DNA of 29,785 nt from Calditrichia bacterium. GTDB lineage: Bacteria; Calditrichota; Calditrichia; RBG-13-44-9. The notes below the pieces were generated by a model. The model searched no databases. It had not been told where the DNA came from and saw only the letters and a program-made list of their open reading frames with translations. Within the stretch, counting starts at the first letter, position 1; each line of letters opens with the position of its first letter. The stretch covers positions 29,058 to 58,842 of the forward strand of contig JARRQT010000007.1 in NCBI GenBank assembly GCA_037381445.1, given 5' to 3'. Below are positions 1 to 9,804 of this stretch, one piece after another. The position numbers and the translations under genes were made by a program.

Positions 1-43
1 CATCAAAACCGAATTCAGAGGAGAAATTTCTGAAATGCTCTTT

Positions 44-1677
44 CTATCGTCTGAAACCAATTGTTTCGTCGGTTTCCTCTTCCAGATAATTCCCGCTCAG
101 CCCAATAGCCAAATCAATATTTTGCTGCTCGATTGCCTGTTGCTCCGCTCTTTCCTCTTCCCGGATCTTTTTATTGTATTCCTTCTCCCGCGTGTTTTTC
201 AGGAAGCCGGCCGCCACTGCCGGGAAAAGCTCCAGCAACAGTATTTCTCTTTCATCCCGGGCTAATTCAATATCACCGAATTCTGCCAGAGTAGTGTTTT
301 CCGGTTTCTGATATTCCACCGGATCGAAGGGCGTTTCAACGCTTTCCCCTGTTATTTTCTCTCTGAATTCCGGGTTCACTAGTACAGGTGTCTTTCCGTA
401 AATCCCCTTTACCAAATTGATAAACTGGGTTGATTTTGTGCTGTAAAAAGGTTTATTGTTCGCCTGGTCCACGATACAATTGACTGCCTGCACGCCCACG
501 ATCTGGCTGGTGGGCGTTACCAGAGGAGGGCAGCCGGCGGCCATTCGCACCTGCGGCACAATTTTTAATGCTCTATCCAGATACTTCTCAAGGTTTAATT
601 GTTTCAGCTGCGCAACCATATTGGTATACATGCCGCCAGGAATCTGCGCGTGTTTTACGATTTCATTGGGTTCGGGAAATTGAAAATACCGCTCGATCTG
701 ATGTACAATTTCCAGCAGAGAAGGCATGTCCCCGGTTATTGCCTCTTCCACTGCCGTGTCAAATAGTTCTTCAATTTCAGGCGGCAGTTTATCTTCCGCG
801 ATATTGAATTCTCTGGGGAAGCTGCTCCCCTGCTCATACTGGTTCAATTCCCTGCGAATTTTCCCCAATTCTGCGTTAATCTTTCCGACAGCGGCCAGGT
901 TTATATTAGTTTCATATCCCAGTTTCTCAGCAAAAATCTGAACCAGCTCAAAAGCCGGTGCAGCGGGTCCGCCCGCAAAATTCATGATGGCAGTATCCAC
1001 AATGTCTACCCCATTTACAAGCGCCACCAGAACCGCCGCAAGTCCATAACCGGGAGTGCAATGGGTATGTAAATTCACCGGCACGGAAATCTCATCTTTA
1101 AAAGCCCGGATCAGTTCGCCTGCCGCTGCCGGAGAAATCAAGCCTGCCATATCCTTGATGGTAATGATATCGGCGCCCAGCGATTCCATTTCCTTCGCTT
1201 TGCCCACAAAGTAGCGGGCAGAAAAGATATTCTTCGGATTCAAACCGCGCAATCGGCGATTCCCCCATTTTCTTTCACATAGCTGACGGTGGATTTCATA
1301 TTTTCCACATCATTGAGGGCGTCAAAAATCCGCATGATCGATATGCCCGCCTGAATTGCGTGACGATTGAATCCCTCGATAACCTCATCCGGATAGGGAT
1401 TGTAGCCAAACAGATTCCGGCCGCGCGAAAGTGCTGTCAATTTGGTGGAACCATTTACGGTTTCCTTGATTTTCTCCAGGCGCTGCCATGGATTTTCATC
1501 TAAATAACGCATCGCCGAATCCGGTACCGCACCGCCCCACACTTCCATCGCGTAAAATCCTGCCTCCCTATATAAAGGAAGTACCCGGTCGATCTGTTTC
1601 TGATGCATCCTTGTTGCAAACAGGGATTGCTGTCCGTCCCGTAATGTGACATCTCTGATTAAAAGTTGCTTTTTCAT
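44..1677 (-). pseudogene. Pyruvate/oxaloacetate carboxyltransferase (OadA/PycB/transcarboxylase 5S-like, no biotinyl domain), split by a frameshift at ~1240-1252
   Basis: ORF 1240..1677 has IRDVTLRDGQQSL, EVWGGA and RIFDALND. ORF 44..1252 continues with IKDMAG, HTH metal ligands, QIPGGM and PPLVTPTSQIVG. The halves are in different frames; the break could be an assembly artefact. Confidence 0.8.
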
Positions 1678-1945
1678 TATTATCCTGCCATTAAATCTTC
1701 TGTAAAAACTACTTGTCTCTCACAGCAACTTCAAAATTCATACCACAATTATGTTATGTTGCCAAAGGATGACCCTTACGCAATTTTGAACATTACCAAC
1801 AATTTTATAACATAAATAGGGAGGGAAACTGAATATTGGCAAGATGACGGAGTGAAATATTACTAAAAATAATAATCCGTTCAATATTATAGTGAATAAA
1901 ATTATTGGAGAGAAAAAAACTGACAAAAAACGGCAGCGTCTTTTA

Positions 1946-2143
1946 TCAGTTTACGAATCCTTTCTGCAGAGAGCCATCCGGGCGATATACAATCACCTGA
2001 CTGGAAATGACATCCTCCGCCATTTGGACCGCATCCTCGACAGCACATTTCTTCTGTGCATGCGAGCTTAGTATACTGCCGTTTTTTCTCACCTGCCATT
2101 TTCTTCCTTTGGGAATTACCCTGAAGATATTTCTGGCTGACAT
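1946..2143 (-). CDS. DUF2188-like small protein
   Basis: Pattern RVIP..RKWQVRK.G......QK..AV..A...A.....SQVIVYRPDGSLQ is typical of DUF2188. GGAGG lies 6 nt before ATG 2143. The ORF track extends the frame to 2392. Confidence 0.65.
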   Translation of the reverse strand: MSARNIFRVIPKGRKWQVRKNGSILSSHAQKKCAVEDAVQMAEDVISSQVIVYRPDGSLQKGFVN

Positions 2144-2692
2144 ATTCATCCTCCATGAGTTAATTTGACTTGAGTAAGTTAAAATTAATAAATTCCGCAA
2201 GTTGTGATAAATTTCAATATATTGAACTGCTTGAGTTTGAAAAATCATGGAACATTGCTTCTCTGAATTATCGTCCTTGTTTCCGAATTGTTCAATTTTT
2301 TGCAGAATACATTGTGCTCTAAGCTTAAATTGATTATAAAGTTCCAGGATCCTCGTTTCACAATTCCGCATTTTTGATTCTTCGACTTTCATTGGATTTA
2401 ATTAAATCATCGAAAGTTACGGCATCATTAAGGATATATGAGTTTTTCATTAAATTTTCTGATTTTGTTCATGACCATGTTCCGGTGAAATCGGATAATT
2501 ACAATGCTTAAACATGAAAATCTGCAGGTTTTCCCGGCAAATATAGATCAGCCAATCCCCACGATGCTGACTGGCAGCTTTCAATCTGCCGGAGTGCGAA
2601 AATGAGTTTGACGGATTCCAAAAAACATTCAGGACACTGCTCGGCTGATACAAAAGGCCATTTGACTATCAATGAATATTTTTTGAAAAGAT

Positions 2693-2721
2693 TTGACATT
2701 TGCGGGAGATGGTTCTACCTT
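2693..2721 (+). promoter_or_regulatory. sigma70-type promoter for rsmI and downstream genes
   Basis: TTGACA (2693-2698), 17-nt spacer, TACCTT (2716-2721). Confidence 0.65.
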
Positions 2722-2812
2722 TGAAAGCTTTGATAAAGACAAAAGGTGTTTTGCCGGTCAGACCAATAATGAAGGACGTATTGAAACGATAAAGCCAACC
2801 GAAACCGGAAAG

Positions 2813-3505
2813 TTGTTCCTTGTCAGCACTCCCATCGGAAATCTGGAAGACATCACCCTTCGCGCGCTCCGCATTTTAAAGGAATGTGATCTTGTGCTGG
2901 CTGAAGACACCCGAACCACCCAACGCCTTCTGTCCCATTTCGGAATTTCCAATAAGATACTCAGTTACTATTCCTACAATGAATTAAAGAGAATCCCCCA
3001 GATTATTGAAGCACTAAATGCTGGGAAGAATATTGCACTGGTGTCGGAGGCGGGAACCCCGCTTATTTCCGATCCCGGACACAAACTGGTAGTAGCCGCT
3101 ATCCGGAACCGGATGCAGGTCGTTCCAGTCCCCGGCGCTTCCGCCGCGCTGGCCGGGGCGGCAGCCTCCGGTTTGCCGACGGACCGGCTGGTCTTCGAGG
3201 GCTTCCTGCCGCGAAAAAAGGGACGGCAGACCCGCCTCTCCCAATTGGCCGCCGAGGAAGGCACCATCATCATCTATGAGTCGGCTCTCAGGATTCAAAA
3301 AACTATAGAAGATATTGTAAAAATTTTTGGAAATCGTTATATTGTGCTCGCCCGGGAACTGACCAAAATGTATGAAGAATTTATCAGAGGTTTTCCCGAG
3401 GATATTCTGCAAAATCTAAAAGAACGCAAACTCAAAGGTGAAATTGTTCTGCTGGTGGCGGGTACCAAATTTCAACCGAATTTAAATCAGAAAGATGAGA
3501 ATTGA
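2813..3505 (+). CDS. rsmI: 16S rRNA (cytidine1402-2'-O)-methyltransferase
   Basis: Motifs STPIGNLEDITLRA, AEDTR, VSEAGTPLISDPG, FEGFLP, ARELTK.YEE, KGE. Start uncertain: the ORF-track TTG at 2693 is the -35 box, and the next in-frame canonical start is TTG 2813. Confidence 0.93.
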   Translation: MFLVSTPIGNLEDITLRALRILKECDLVLAEDTRTTQRLLSHFGISNKILSYYSYNELKRIPQIIEALNAGKNIALVSEAGTPLISDPGHKLVVAAIRNRMQVVPVPGASAALAGAAASGLPTDRLVFEGFLPRKKGRQTRLSQLAAEEGTIIIYESALRIQKTIEDIVKIFGNRYIVLARELTKMYEEFIRGFPEDILQNLKERKLKGEIVLLVAGTKFQPNLNQKDEN

Positions 3506-4154
3506 GAAAATGGCAAAAAGAAAATTTACCGTTCTGCCTGACTCCATACAAAAATGGTTTATCAAAATAATTGATCCGTTTATTGAACTAATCGTCCGTT
3601 TTAATGTTCATCCGAACCACTTTACTATCCTGGGCTTATTCATTTCTTTCATCGGCGCTATTTTTTATGCCAAGCACGACATCCGGCTGGGCGGCCTGTT
3701 TATTCTGCTGGGCGGCTTGAGCGATATTATCGATGGGAAAGTAGCCCGCAAAACCGGACTGTCCTCAAAATTCGGCGCCCTGCTGGACTCCAGCCTGGAC
3801 CGCTATTCCGAGGTATTTATGTTTCTTGGGACCGCGATCTATTTTGTTCAGAAAGATCACCCATACACCAGCATCATGGTTTTCCTGGCCTTGGGCGGAT
3901 CGATGATGGTGAGCTATGTGCGTGCACGGGCAGAAGGGCTGGGCTATGATTGTAAGGTGGGCATCATGCAGCGGCCGGAACGAATTGTCTACGTGGGCGT
4001 AAGCTCTCTGATCCATCCTTATGTGCTGGAGGTCGTGATCTGGATGATTGGCATTTTGGCCAATTTTACGGCTATTCAGCGGATGCATCATGTGTACAAA
4101 CTGGAAAAGAAAGAAAGGATGGAATCCAGGCACGAAGAGAATGTGGGAGTTTAG
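3495..4154 (+). CDS. CDP-alcohol phosphatidyltransferase, probable phosphatidylinositol-phosphate synthase
   Basis: D-x-x-DG-x-x-AR...G...D...DR signature (SDIIDGKVAR...FGALLDSSLDR), HPN.T, SYVRARAE, G.MQRPER; directly upstream of ino1. Confidence 0.88.
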   Translation: MRIEKMAKRKFTVLPDSIQKWFIKIIDPFIELIVRFNVHPNHFTILGLFISFIGAIFYAKHDIRLGGLFILLGGLSDIIDGKVARKTGLSSKFGALLDSSLDRYSEVFMFLGTAIYFVQKDHPYTSIMVFLALGGSMMVSYVRARAEGLGYDCKVGIMQRPERIVYVGVSSLIHPYVLEVVIWMIGILANFTAIQRMHHVYKLEKKERMESRHEENVGV

Positions 4155-4278
4155 AAACAGTTATAATCATTTTTGATTTTTAAATAATTCGCAGTAAAGT
4201 CCATTGGGATATTGTCTTTGTTAGTGTGCTGTAAGAGAGTATTCAGTATTATACCGATAAAATCATAAGGAGATTGTT

Positions 4279-5607
4279 ATGGAAAAGATGCCAAAAGTGG
4301 AAATTGCTCCGGCGAAAGGAAAACTGGGAATTTTGACTCCGGGAATGGGAGCCGTTGCCACCACATTTATGGCAGGCGTGATTGCGATACGCAAAGGCAT
4401 CGCTAAACCTATTGGTTCGCTCACCCAAATGGGCACCATACGCCTGGGTAAACGCACTGAGAAACGCGTACCGATGATAAATGAATTTGTACCGCTGGCG
4501 CAGCTGGAAGACATTGTTTTTGGTGGTTGGGATATTTTTGAAGACAATGCCTATGAATCCGCGCTTAATGCCGGCGTGCTTGAGAAGGAATTACTGGACA
4601 AAATCCGGCCTGAATTGGAAGCGATTAAACCCATGAAAGGCGTTTTTCACCGGAATTATGTAAAGAAACTGGACGGCAAGTATATCAAATCGGCCAACAC
4701 CAAATGGGACTACGCACAGATGTTAATGGACGACATCCGGAAATTCAAGGAGGACAACAATCTGGATCGTGTCGTGGCAGTCTGGTGCGGAAGCACTGAA
4801 ATTTTCCTGAAACCGGAAGCTGTGCACCAAAGCCTGGAAGCATTTGAAAAAGGACTGAAGGAAAATCACCCCGCCATTGCCCCCAGTATGATTTATGCCT
4901 ATGCAGCGCTCAAACTGGGAGTTCCATACTCAAATGGTGCCCCTAATTTAAGCACCGACATTCCCGCAATGTATGAATTGGCCAAACAAACCAACACGCC
5001 GATTGCCGGCAAAGATTTTAAGACGGGACAGACTCTCATGAAAACCATTCTGGCGCCGGGATTAAAGGCACGCATGATCGGATTGCAGGGATGGTTCTCC
5101 ACTAATATCCTTGGCAACCGGGACGGTGAAGTACTGGACGATCCGGAATCCTTCAAAACCAAGGAAGAAAGCAAACTGTCCGTGTTGAGCCAGATTCTGC
5201 AGCCGGAAGTTTATCCCGAACTCTACAAGGATTTCTACCACAAAGTGCGGATCAACTACTATCCGCCACGCGGTGACAACAAAGAAGGCTGGGACAATAT
5301 CGATATTTTCGGATGGCTGGGTTATCCCATGCAGATCAAAATTGATTTCCTGTGTCGCGACAGTATCCTGGCCGCTCCTATCGCCCTGGATTTATGTCTG
5401 TTCATGGACCTGGCCAAACGCGCCAAATTTTCCGGCATTCAGGAATGGCTCTCTTTCTATTTCAAGAGCCCCATGCACCTGCCGGATCTCTACCCCGAGC
5501 ACGATCTTTTCATCCAGCAGATGAAACTGAAGAACACCCTCCGCTACATGATGGGCGAAGAACAAATTACCCACCTGGGTGCTGACTACTACGAATATTA
5601 CCGCTAA
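4279..5607 (+). CDS. ino1: myo-inositol-3-phosphate synthase
   Basis: Motifs GMGAVATT, FGGWD, VWCGSTE, NGAPN, GKDFKTGQT, NILGNRDG, GDNKE, CRDSILAAP, SFYFKSP; AGGAG RBS. Confidence 0.95.
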   Translation: MEKMPKVEIAPAKGKLGILTPGMGAVATTFMAGVIAIRKGIAKPIGSLTQMGTIRLGKRTEKRVPMINEFVPLAQLEDIVFGGWDIFEDNAYESALNAGVLEKELLDKIRPELEAIKPMKGVFHRNYVKKLDGKYIKSANTKWDYAQMLMDDIRKFKEDNNLDRVVAVWCGSTEIFLKPEAVHQSLEAFEKGLKENHPAIAPSMIYAYAALKLGVPYSNGAPNLSTDIPAMYELAKQTNTPIAGKDFKTGQTLMKTILAPGLKARMIGLQGWFSTNILGNRDGEVLDDPESFKTKEESKLSVLSQILQPEVYPELYKDFYHKVRINYYPPRGDNKEGWDNIDIFGWLGYPMQIKIDFLCRDSILAAPIALDLCLFMDLAKRAKFSGIQEWLSFYFKSPMHLPDLYPEHDLFIQQMKLKNTLRYMMGEEQITHLGADYYEYYR

Positions 5608-5617
5608 TAAAATTACC

Positions 5618-5660
5618 GGGGAGGATACTGATTTTGCGTGTCCTCCCTTTTTTATTTTTT
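5618..5660 (+). terminator. Intrinsic terminator after ino1
   Basis: GGGAGGATAC...GTGTCCTCCC stem followed by a long T tract. Confidence 0.75.
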
Positions 5661-5765
5661 GCGGAATTCAGTATTGATTTATCAAAGCCCGGCATATTCG
5701 GGATTTTTTGTTTCTGTAAGGGAGAAGCCAATACAGCATCAGGAAATTAATTGTATGGAAATGGA

Positions 5766-7109
5766 ATGACAGCGGAAAAATCACCATTACGAGAACTGCT
5801 CAAGACCTCTCTTCCCGCCGTTATCGACCTTTCCTCCCAGACAATTACCTGGCTTATTGAAGCCATCTTTATCGGGCACTTGTCTGCAGCGGCTCTGGCG
5901 GGCGTCGGTATTTCGCTGCAGATTGTGCTGCTGACTTTTGCAGTGGTATTGACCTTTGTGATGGGCGCTTCGGTCATTATTCTGCGCTATCTGGGACAAA
6001 AAGATAGCTGGAACGCCAATCATGTTCTGGGGCAGGCCCTCATGATGGGGACCATTATGTCCATCATCATCGGCCTTATCTGGTATTTCGGCGGAACACA
6101 GGTCATGCTGCTGATCAGGGAAGAAGAACCTATCGCCCGCGAATACGGCGCGCAATGGTTGAGAGTTGCCTCTTACTTTTCACCGATTTTCATCATCAAT
6201 TTTATTGCCCTGGGAATTATGCGAATGGCTGGCGACACCATGATAACCATGAAAATAAATGTGGTGGCGAACCTGATTCACATCATTTTATTGCCATTGC
6301 TGATTTTCGGAAATCTCGGTTTCCCCCGCCTGGAAACTGTAGGCGCCGCGCTCTCCGTGGGAATCGCCCATTCAGTGGGATTCATTCTCACGCTTTATTA
6401 CCTGCGCAGCCGAAAGTCAGTGCTGTTTCTCTCCTTTCGGGAATATGCTACGCCCAATTTCGAAACCTTTAAACGACTTTTTAGACTTGGCGTGCCTACG
6501 ACGGTGGAACAGCTCGTCTGGGCATTCGGCCAGCTTATCTTGAGCTTTTTTGCGGCCCGCATGGGAATTATCCCCCTGGCGGTTCACCAGGTTTTCCTGC
6601 GCATACAGTCCGTACTATCAATGGCATTTCAGGGATTCGGCCTGGCCTCCATGACCATGGTGGGCAAGAACCTGGGAGCGGATGATGAAAGCCTGGCGCT
6701 GCATACCGGCCATTTGGCGGGGAGAGTGGCGCTGATCGCCGCGCTCATCGTGGCGGCGCTCCTGTTAGTATTTCACCGTTATATCCTGCAGGCCTTTACC
6801 TCCAACAGTGATGTGATCACCTACGGCAGCAGCGTGATTCTGGCGCTTGCCGTTGTGCAGATTCCCAAGGCAGTGAATATCGTTTTTTCGGGAAACCTGC
6901 GGGGCGGCGCCGACCTGGCCTGGCTGATGTGGCTTTCGATTTTCAGCGTCATCATTTTTGAATCTTTTGGCGCCTACATGCTGGCTTTTGTGTTTAATTT
7001 CGGGCTGGTCGGGCTGTGGGCAATCCAGGCGGTGGATGAGAGTGTCCGGCTGGGACTAAATGTCTTCCGCTTCAAAGGGAAAAACTGGAAAATTATGGAC
7101 CTGATTTGA
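5766..7109 (+). CDS. MATE family efflux transporter
   Basis: About 12 hydrophobic segments; motifs FIGHLSAAALAGVG, LIFGNLGFPRLETVGAAL, GKNLGA, LRGGAD. ATG 5766 preferred over TTG 5751. Confidence 0.9.
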   Translation: MTAEKSPLRELLKTSLPAVIDLSSQTITWLIEAIFIGHLSAAALAGVGISLQIVLLTFAVVLTFVMGASVIILRYLGQKDSWNANHVLGQALMMGTIMSIIIGLIWYFGGTQVMLLIREEEPIAREYGAQWLRVASYFSPIFIINFIALGIMRMAGDTMITMKINVVANLIHIILLPLLIFGNLGFPRLETVGAALSVGIAHSVGFILTLYYLRSRKSVLFLSFREYATPNFETFKRLFRLGVPTTVEQLVWAFGQLILSFFAARMGIIPLAVHQVFLRIQSVLSMAFQGFGLASMTMVGKNLGADDESLALHTGHLAGRVALIAALIVAALLLVFHRYILQAFTSNSDVITYGSSVILALAVVQIPKAVNIVFSGNLRGGADLAWLMWLSIFSVIIFESFGAYMLAFVFNFGLVGLWAIQAVDESVRLGLNVFRFKGKNWKIMDLI

Positions 7110-7209
7110 TCCCCGCGACGAAATTAAAACGAATTTGCAGGTGACGCGGAGATCTTCGTTGACTAATAGTTAAAAATTTCTGATAAACAACCAAAACGAA
7201 TATCGAATC

Positions 7210-7869
7210 ATGGAACGCCATAAAAATTTTATCTCATTCGAGGGAATTGATTTTTCAGGGAAGAGCACCCAAATCCAGTTGCTGCTGGAAAAGCTTAATC
7301 AATACGGAATCGCACCGATTCTGCTTCGCGAACCGGGCGGGACGGTCATTTCCGAAAAAATCCGCGATATCCTGCTGAGCCCCGTCCACCGGGAGATGAC
7401 GGAGAAAACGGAAATTCTTCTCTATTCCGCGGCCCGCGCCCAGCTCGTCCACCAGGAAATGATCCCCCTTCTGAAACAGGGGAAATACATCATCGCCGAC
7501 CGCTTCTACGATTCCACCACCGCCTACCAGGGATACGGCCGCGGACTGGATCTTGAGGTGGTGCGCACCCTGAATCGCTTCGCAACTTCCGGCCTCACTC
7601 CATATCGCACTTTCTACATTGATATACTTCCGGAAGAGGCCGCCAAGAGAAAATCATCTCGCGGCGGCGAACAGGACCGTCTGGAAAGCGGCGGCCTCGA
7701 TTTTTTTGAAAGGATTCGCGAAGGATTTTTGAATCTCTGCAACAAGGAGCCGCAAAGGTTCATACGAATCGATGGGAACCGGAACCGCATGGAAATAGCG
7801 GAAATTATATGGCAGGAAATTATGAAAATCTGGTCGATCCGACTGGAAGACTTCCGGACAAATAAATAA
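7210..7869 (+). CDS. tmk: Thymidylate kinase
   Basis: FISFEGIDFSGKSTQ P-loop, REPGGT, ADRFYDST.AYQG. Confidence 0.95.
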   Translation: MERHKNFISFEGIDFSGKSTQIQLLLEKLNQYGIAPILLREPGGTVISEKIRDILLSPVHREMTEKTEILLYSAARAQLVHQEMIPLLKQGKYIIADRFYDSTTAYQGYGRGLDLEVVRTLNRFATSGLTPYRTFYIDILPEEAAKRKSSRGGEQDRLESGGLDFFERIREGFLNLCNKEPQRFIRIDGNRNRMEIAEIIWQEIMKIWSIRLEDFRTNK

Positions 7870-8015
7870 TAATGGCCGGGAAGGTTTCCTGACTTTGGGC
7901 ACGATATAACGAATAAAAATGTAATTTCCCTTCTGCCGGATTTTGTTCTATATTAGCAAGAAACTTTTTATTGAGATTGAGTTATACTCTATAATGACTC
8001 AAGTGGAGGAAAAAC

Positions 8016-9701
8016 ATGTTTAGAAAGAATATGTGGCCCAGGTGGGCAATTCTTGCATTGCTTCTGATTGCTTCAGCCTGGTTTCTGAATAGCAGTTTTG
8101 CGGACAATGACGAGAATTATTTCAAAGTAGATAAAGGCTTGTTTTATCTGAAGCAGGTTTACGAGACCATATCCAGGAATTATGTTGATGAAGTTGATCC
8201 GGAAGGATTGAGCAAATCCGCCATTAAGGGAATTGTTGATGAACTGGACCCCTACACTGTCTTCTTCGAGGAGAAAGGCAGCGAACGGCTGGAAGTCATT
8301 ACCAAGGGGAAATACGGCGGTCTGGGAATGGAGATCGGTAAGCGAGAAGGGAAAATCACTGTTATTGCCCCCATCGACAATACACCTGCCCAGCGGGCCG
8401 GCGTCCGGGCCGGGGATATCATCACCAAAATAGATGATGAATCAACCAAAGATATGAGCCTCGACGATGCCTCCACGAAACTCAGAGGGAAGGTGGGAAC
8501 AGACGTGACCATTGAGCTGCAGCGTCCCGGAATGAACGATCCCATTAAACTGACGATGACCCGTCAGGATATCATCATCAAGGATGTCTCCTATGCAGGC
8601 TTTGTGGAACCGGGAACGGCCTATTTTCGCCTGACCAGCTTCTCCGATAAGGCGGGCGGCGAACTGAAAGATGCCGTTCGCGATCTTCAAAAGCAGGGCA
8701 AAATTGAGCGGGTCATTCTGGACCTGCGCGGAAATCCGGGCGGCTTGCTGGCCTCCGCGGTGGAAGTGGCCAACATATTCGTTCCCCAGGGAAAAACCAT
8801 TGTCACTACACGGGGCACCCATGAGCGGGAAGCGGTGTTCACCACTCCCGAAAAAGCGCTTCTTCCCGATGCGCCGCTGGTGGTGCTTGTGGACGGCGGC
8901 AGCGCCAGCGCCTCCGAAATCGTGGCTGGCGCCATTCAGGACCTGGACCGCGGCGTGATTATCGGTTCGCCCACCTTCGGCAAGGGGCTGGTGCAGCAGG
9001 TGTTTCCCATCGACAAAATGAATGACGCCTTCCTGAAAATAACGACTGCGAAATATTATGTGCCTTCCGGCCGGTGCATTCAGAAAGAAGATTATAAGAA
9101 GAACAAGGATGTGTTTACGGACCTGAGCGACAGCACCGACTATGACAATCATAAAAATTATTTCACCCACAACGGACGTGTCGTGCATGGCGGCGGCGGC
9201 ATTAAACCGGATGTGGAAGTAAAGAACGAAAAAATGGACCAGCTCTTGATTAATCTGTGGTCCAACGGATATTTCTTCCAGTTTACGGTGGATTATCTGG
9301 CGAAACATCCCGAGATCAAAAGCCTCTCTGATTTTGCGGTCACCGATGAAATACAGCAGGAATTCAAAAATTACCTGACAGCAAAGAATATGCAGTTCGA
9401 AATTGAAGGTGAAGATGACCTCAGGAATTTCCTGGATATTTCCAAAGAGAAGGATTATAACGCTGACCTGAATGATTTGGTGAAAGTGGCCCTCCAGAAG
9501 CTGCAGACAGAAAAACAGGAGGAATTCACCCGGGATAAAACCGATATCAAAGAAGCCCTGGAAGCGGAATTTGCCGAGAAATTAGGCGGTTCCTCCGCCC
9601 GCGTCGCTACGATGCTGAAATATGACAATGCGATCAGCCAGGCAGACCAGGTATTTAAGAATCAGGAAGAATACAAAAAGATATTGGCCATCAAAGAATA
9701 G
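8016..9701 (+). CDS. Carboxyl-terminal processing protease, S41A (CtpA/Prc-like), with signal peptide and PDZ domain
   Basis: LDPYT, YGGLG PDZ, LDLRGNPGGLL, SASASEIVAGAIQD, TFGKGLVQ, TTAKYY.PSGR.IQ; GGAGG RBS. Confidence 0.93.
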   Translation: MFRKNMWPRWAILALLLIASAWFLNSSFADNDENYFKVDKGLFYLKQVYETISRNYVDEVDPEGLSKSAIKGIVDELDPYTVFFEEKGSERLEVITKGKYGGLGMEIGKREGKITVIAPIDNTPAQRAGVRAGDIITKIDDESTKDMSLDDASTKLRGKVGTDVTIELQRPGMNDPIKLTMTRQDIIIKDVSYAGFVEPGTAYFRLTSFSDKAGGELKDAVRDLQKQGKIERVILDLRGNPGGLLASAVEVANIFVPQGKTIVTTRGTHEREAVFTTPEKALLPDAPLVVLVDGGSASASEIVAGAIQDLDRGVIIGSPTFGKGLVQQVFPIDKMNDAFLKITTAKYYVPSGRCIQKEDYKKNKDVFTDLSDSTDYDNHKNYFTHNGRVVHGGGGIKPDVEVKNEKMDQLLINLWSNGYFFQFTVDYLAKHPEIKSLSDFAVTDEIQQEFKNYLTAKNMQFEIEGEDDLRNFLDISKEKDYNADLNDLVKVALQKLQTEKQEEFTRDKTDIKEALEAEFAEKLGGSSARVATMLKYDNAISQADQVFKNQEEYKKILAIKE

Positions 9702-9723
9702 TTGATAAAAAAAGACATAAATG

Positions 9724-9760
9724 AAAAGGGGATTCTCAATTGAAAATCCCCTTTTTTATT
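9724..9760. terminator. Bidirectional intrinsic terminator between convergent genes
   Basis: AAAAGGGGATT...AATCCCCTTTTTT. Confidence 0.8.
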
Positions 9761-9804
9761 TCGATCAGATTGAATTCTCCTAAGCCGGCACCCCCTGAAA
9801 ATGG

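Noticed and set aside
1240..1252. Programmed ribosomal frameshift joining the carboxyltransferase halves
   Set aside because: No slippery sequence, and conserved residues are missing, so recoding would not restore the protein.
1738..1926. 62-aa hydrophobic ORF
   Set aside because: AT-rich intergenic sequence without an RBS; likely chance.
8442..9308. 288-aa minus-strand ORF, and similar long antisense ORFs at 20083-20934, 22566-23306 and 17879-18517
   Set aside because: Shadows of well-supported genes, explained by codon bias.
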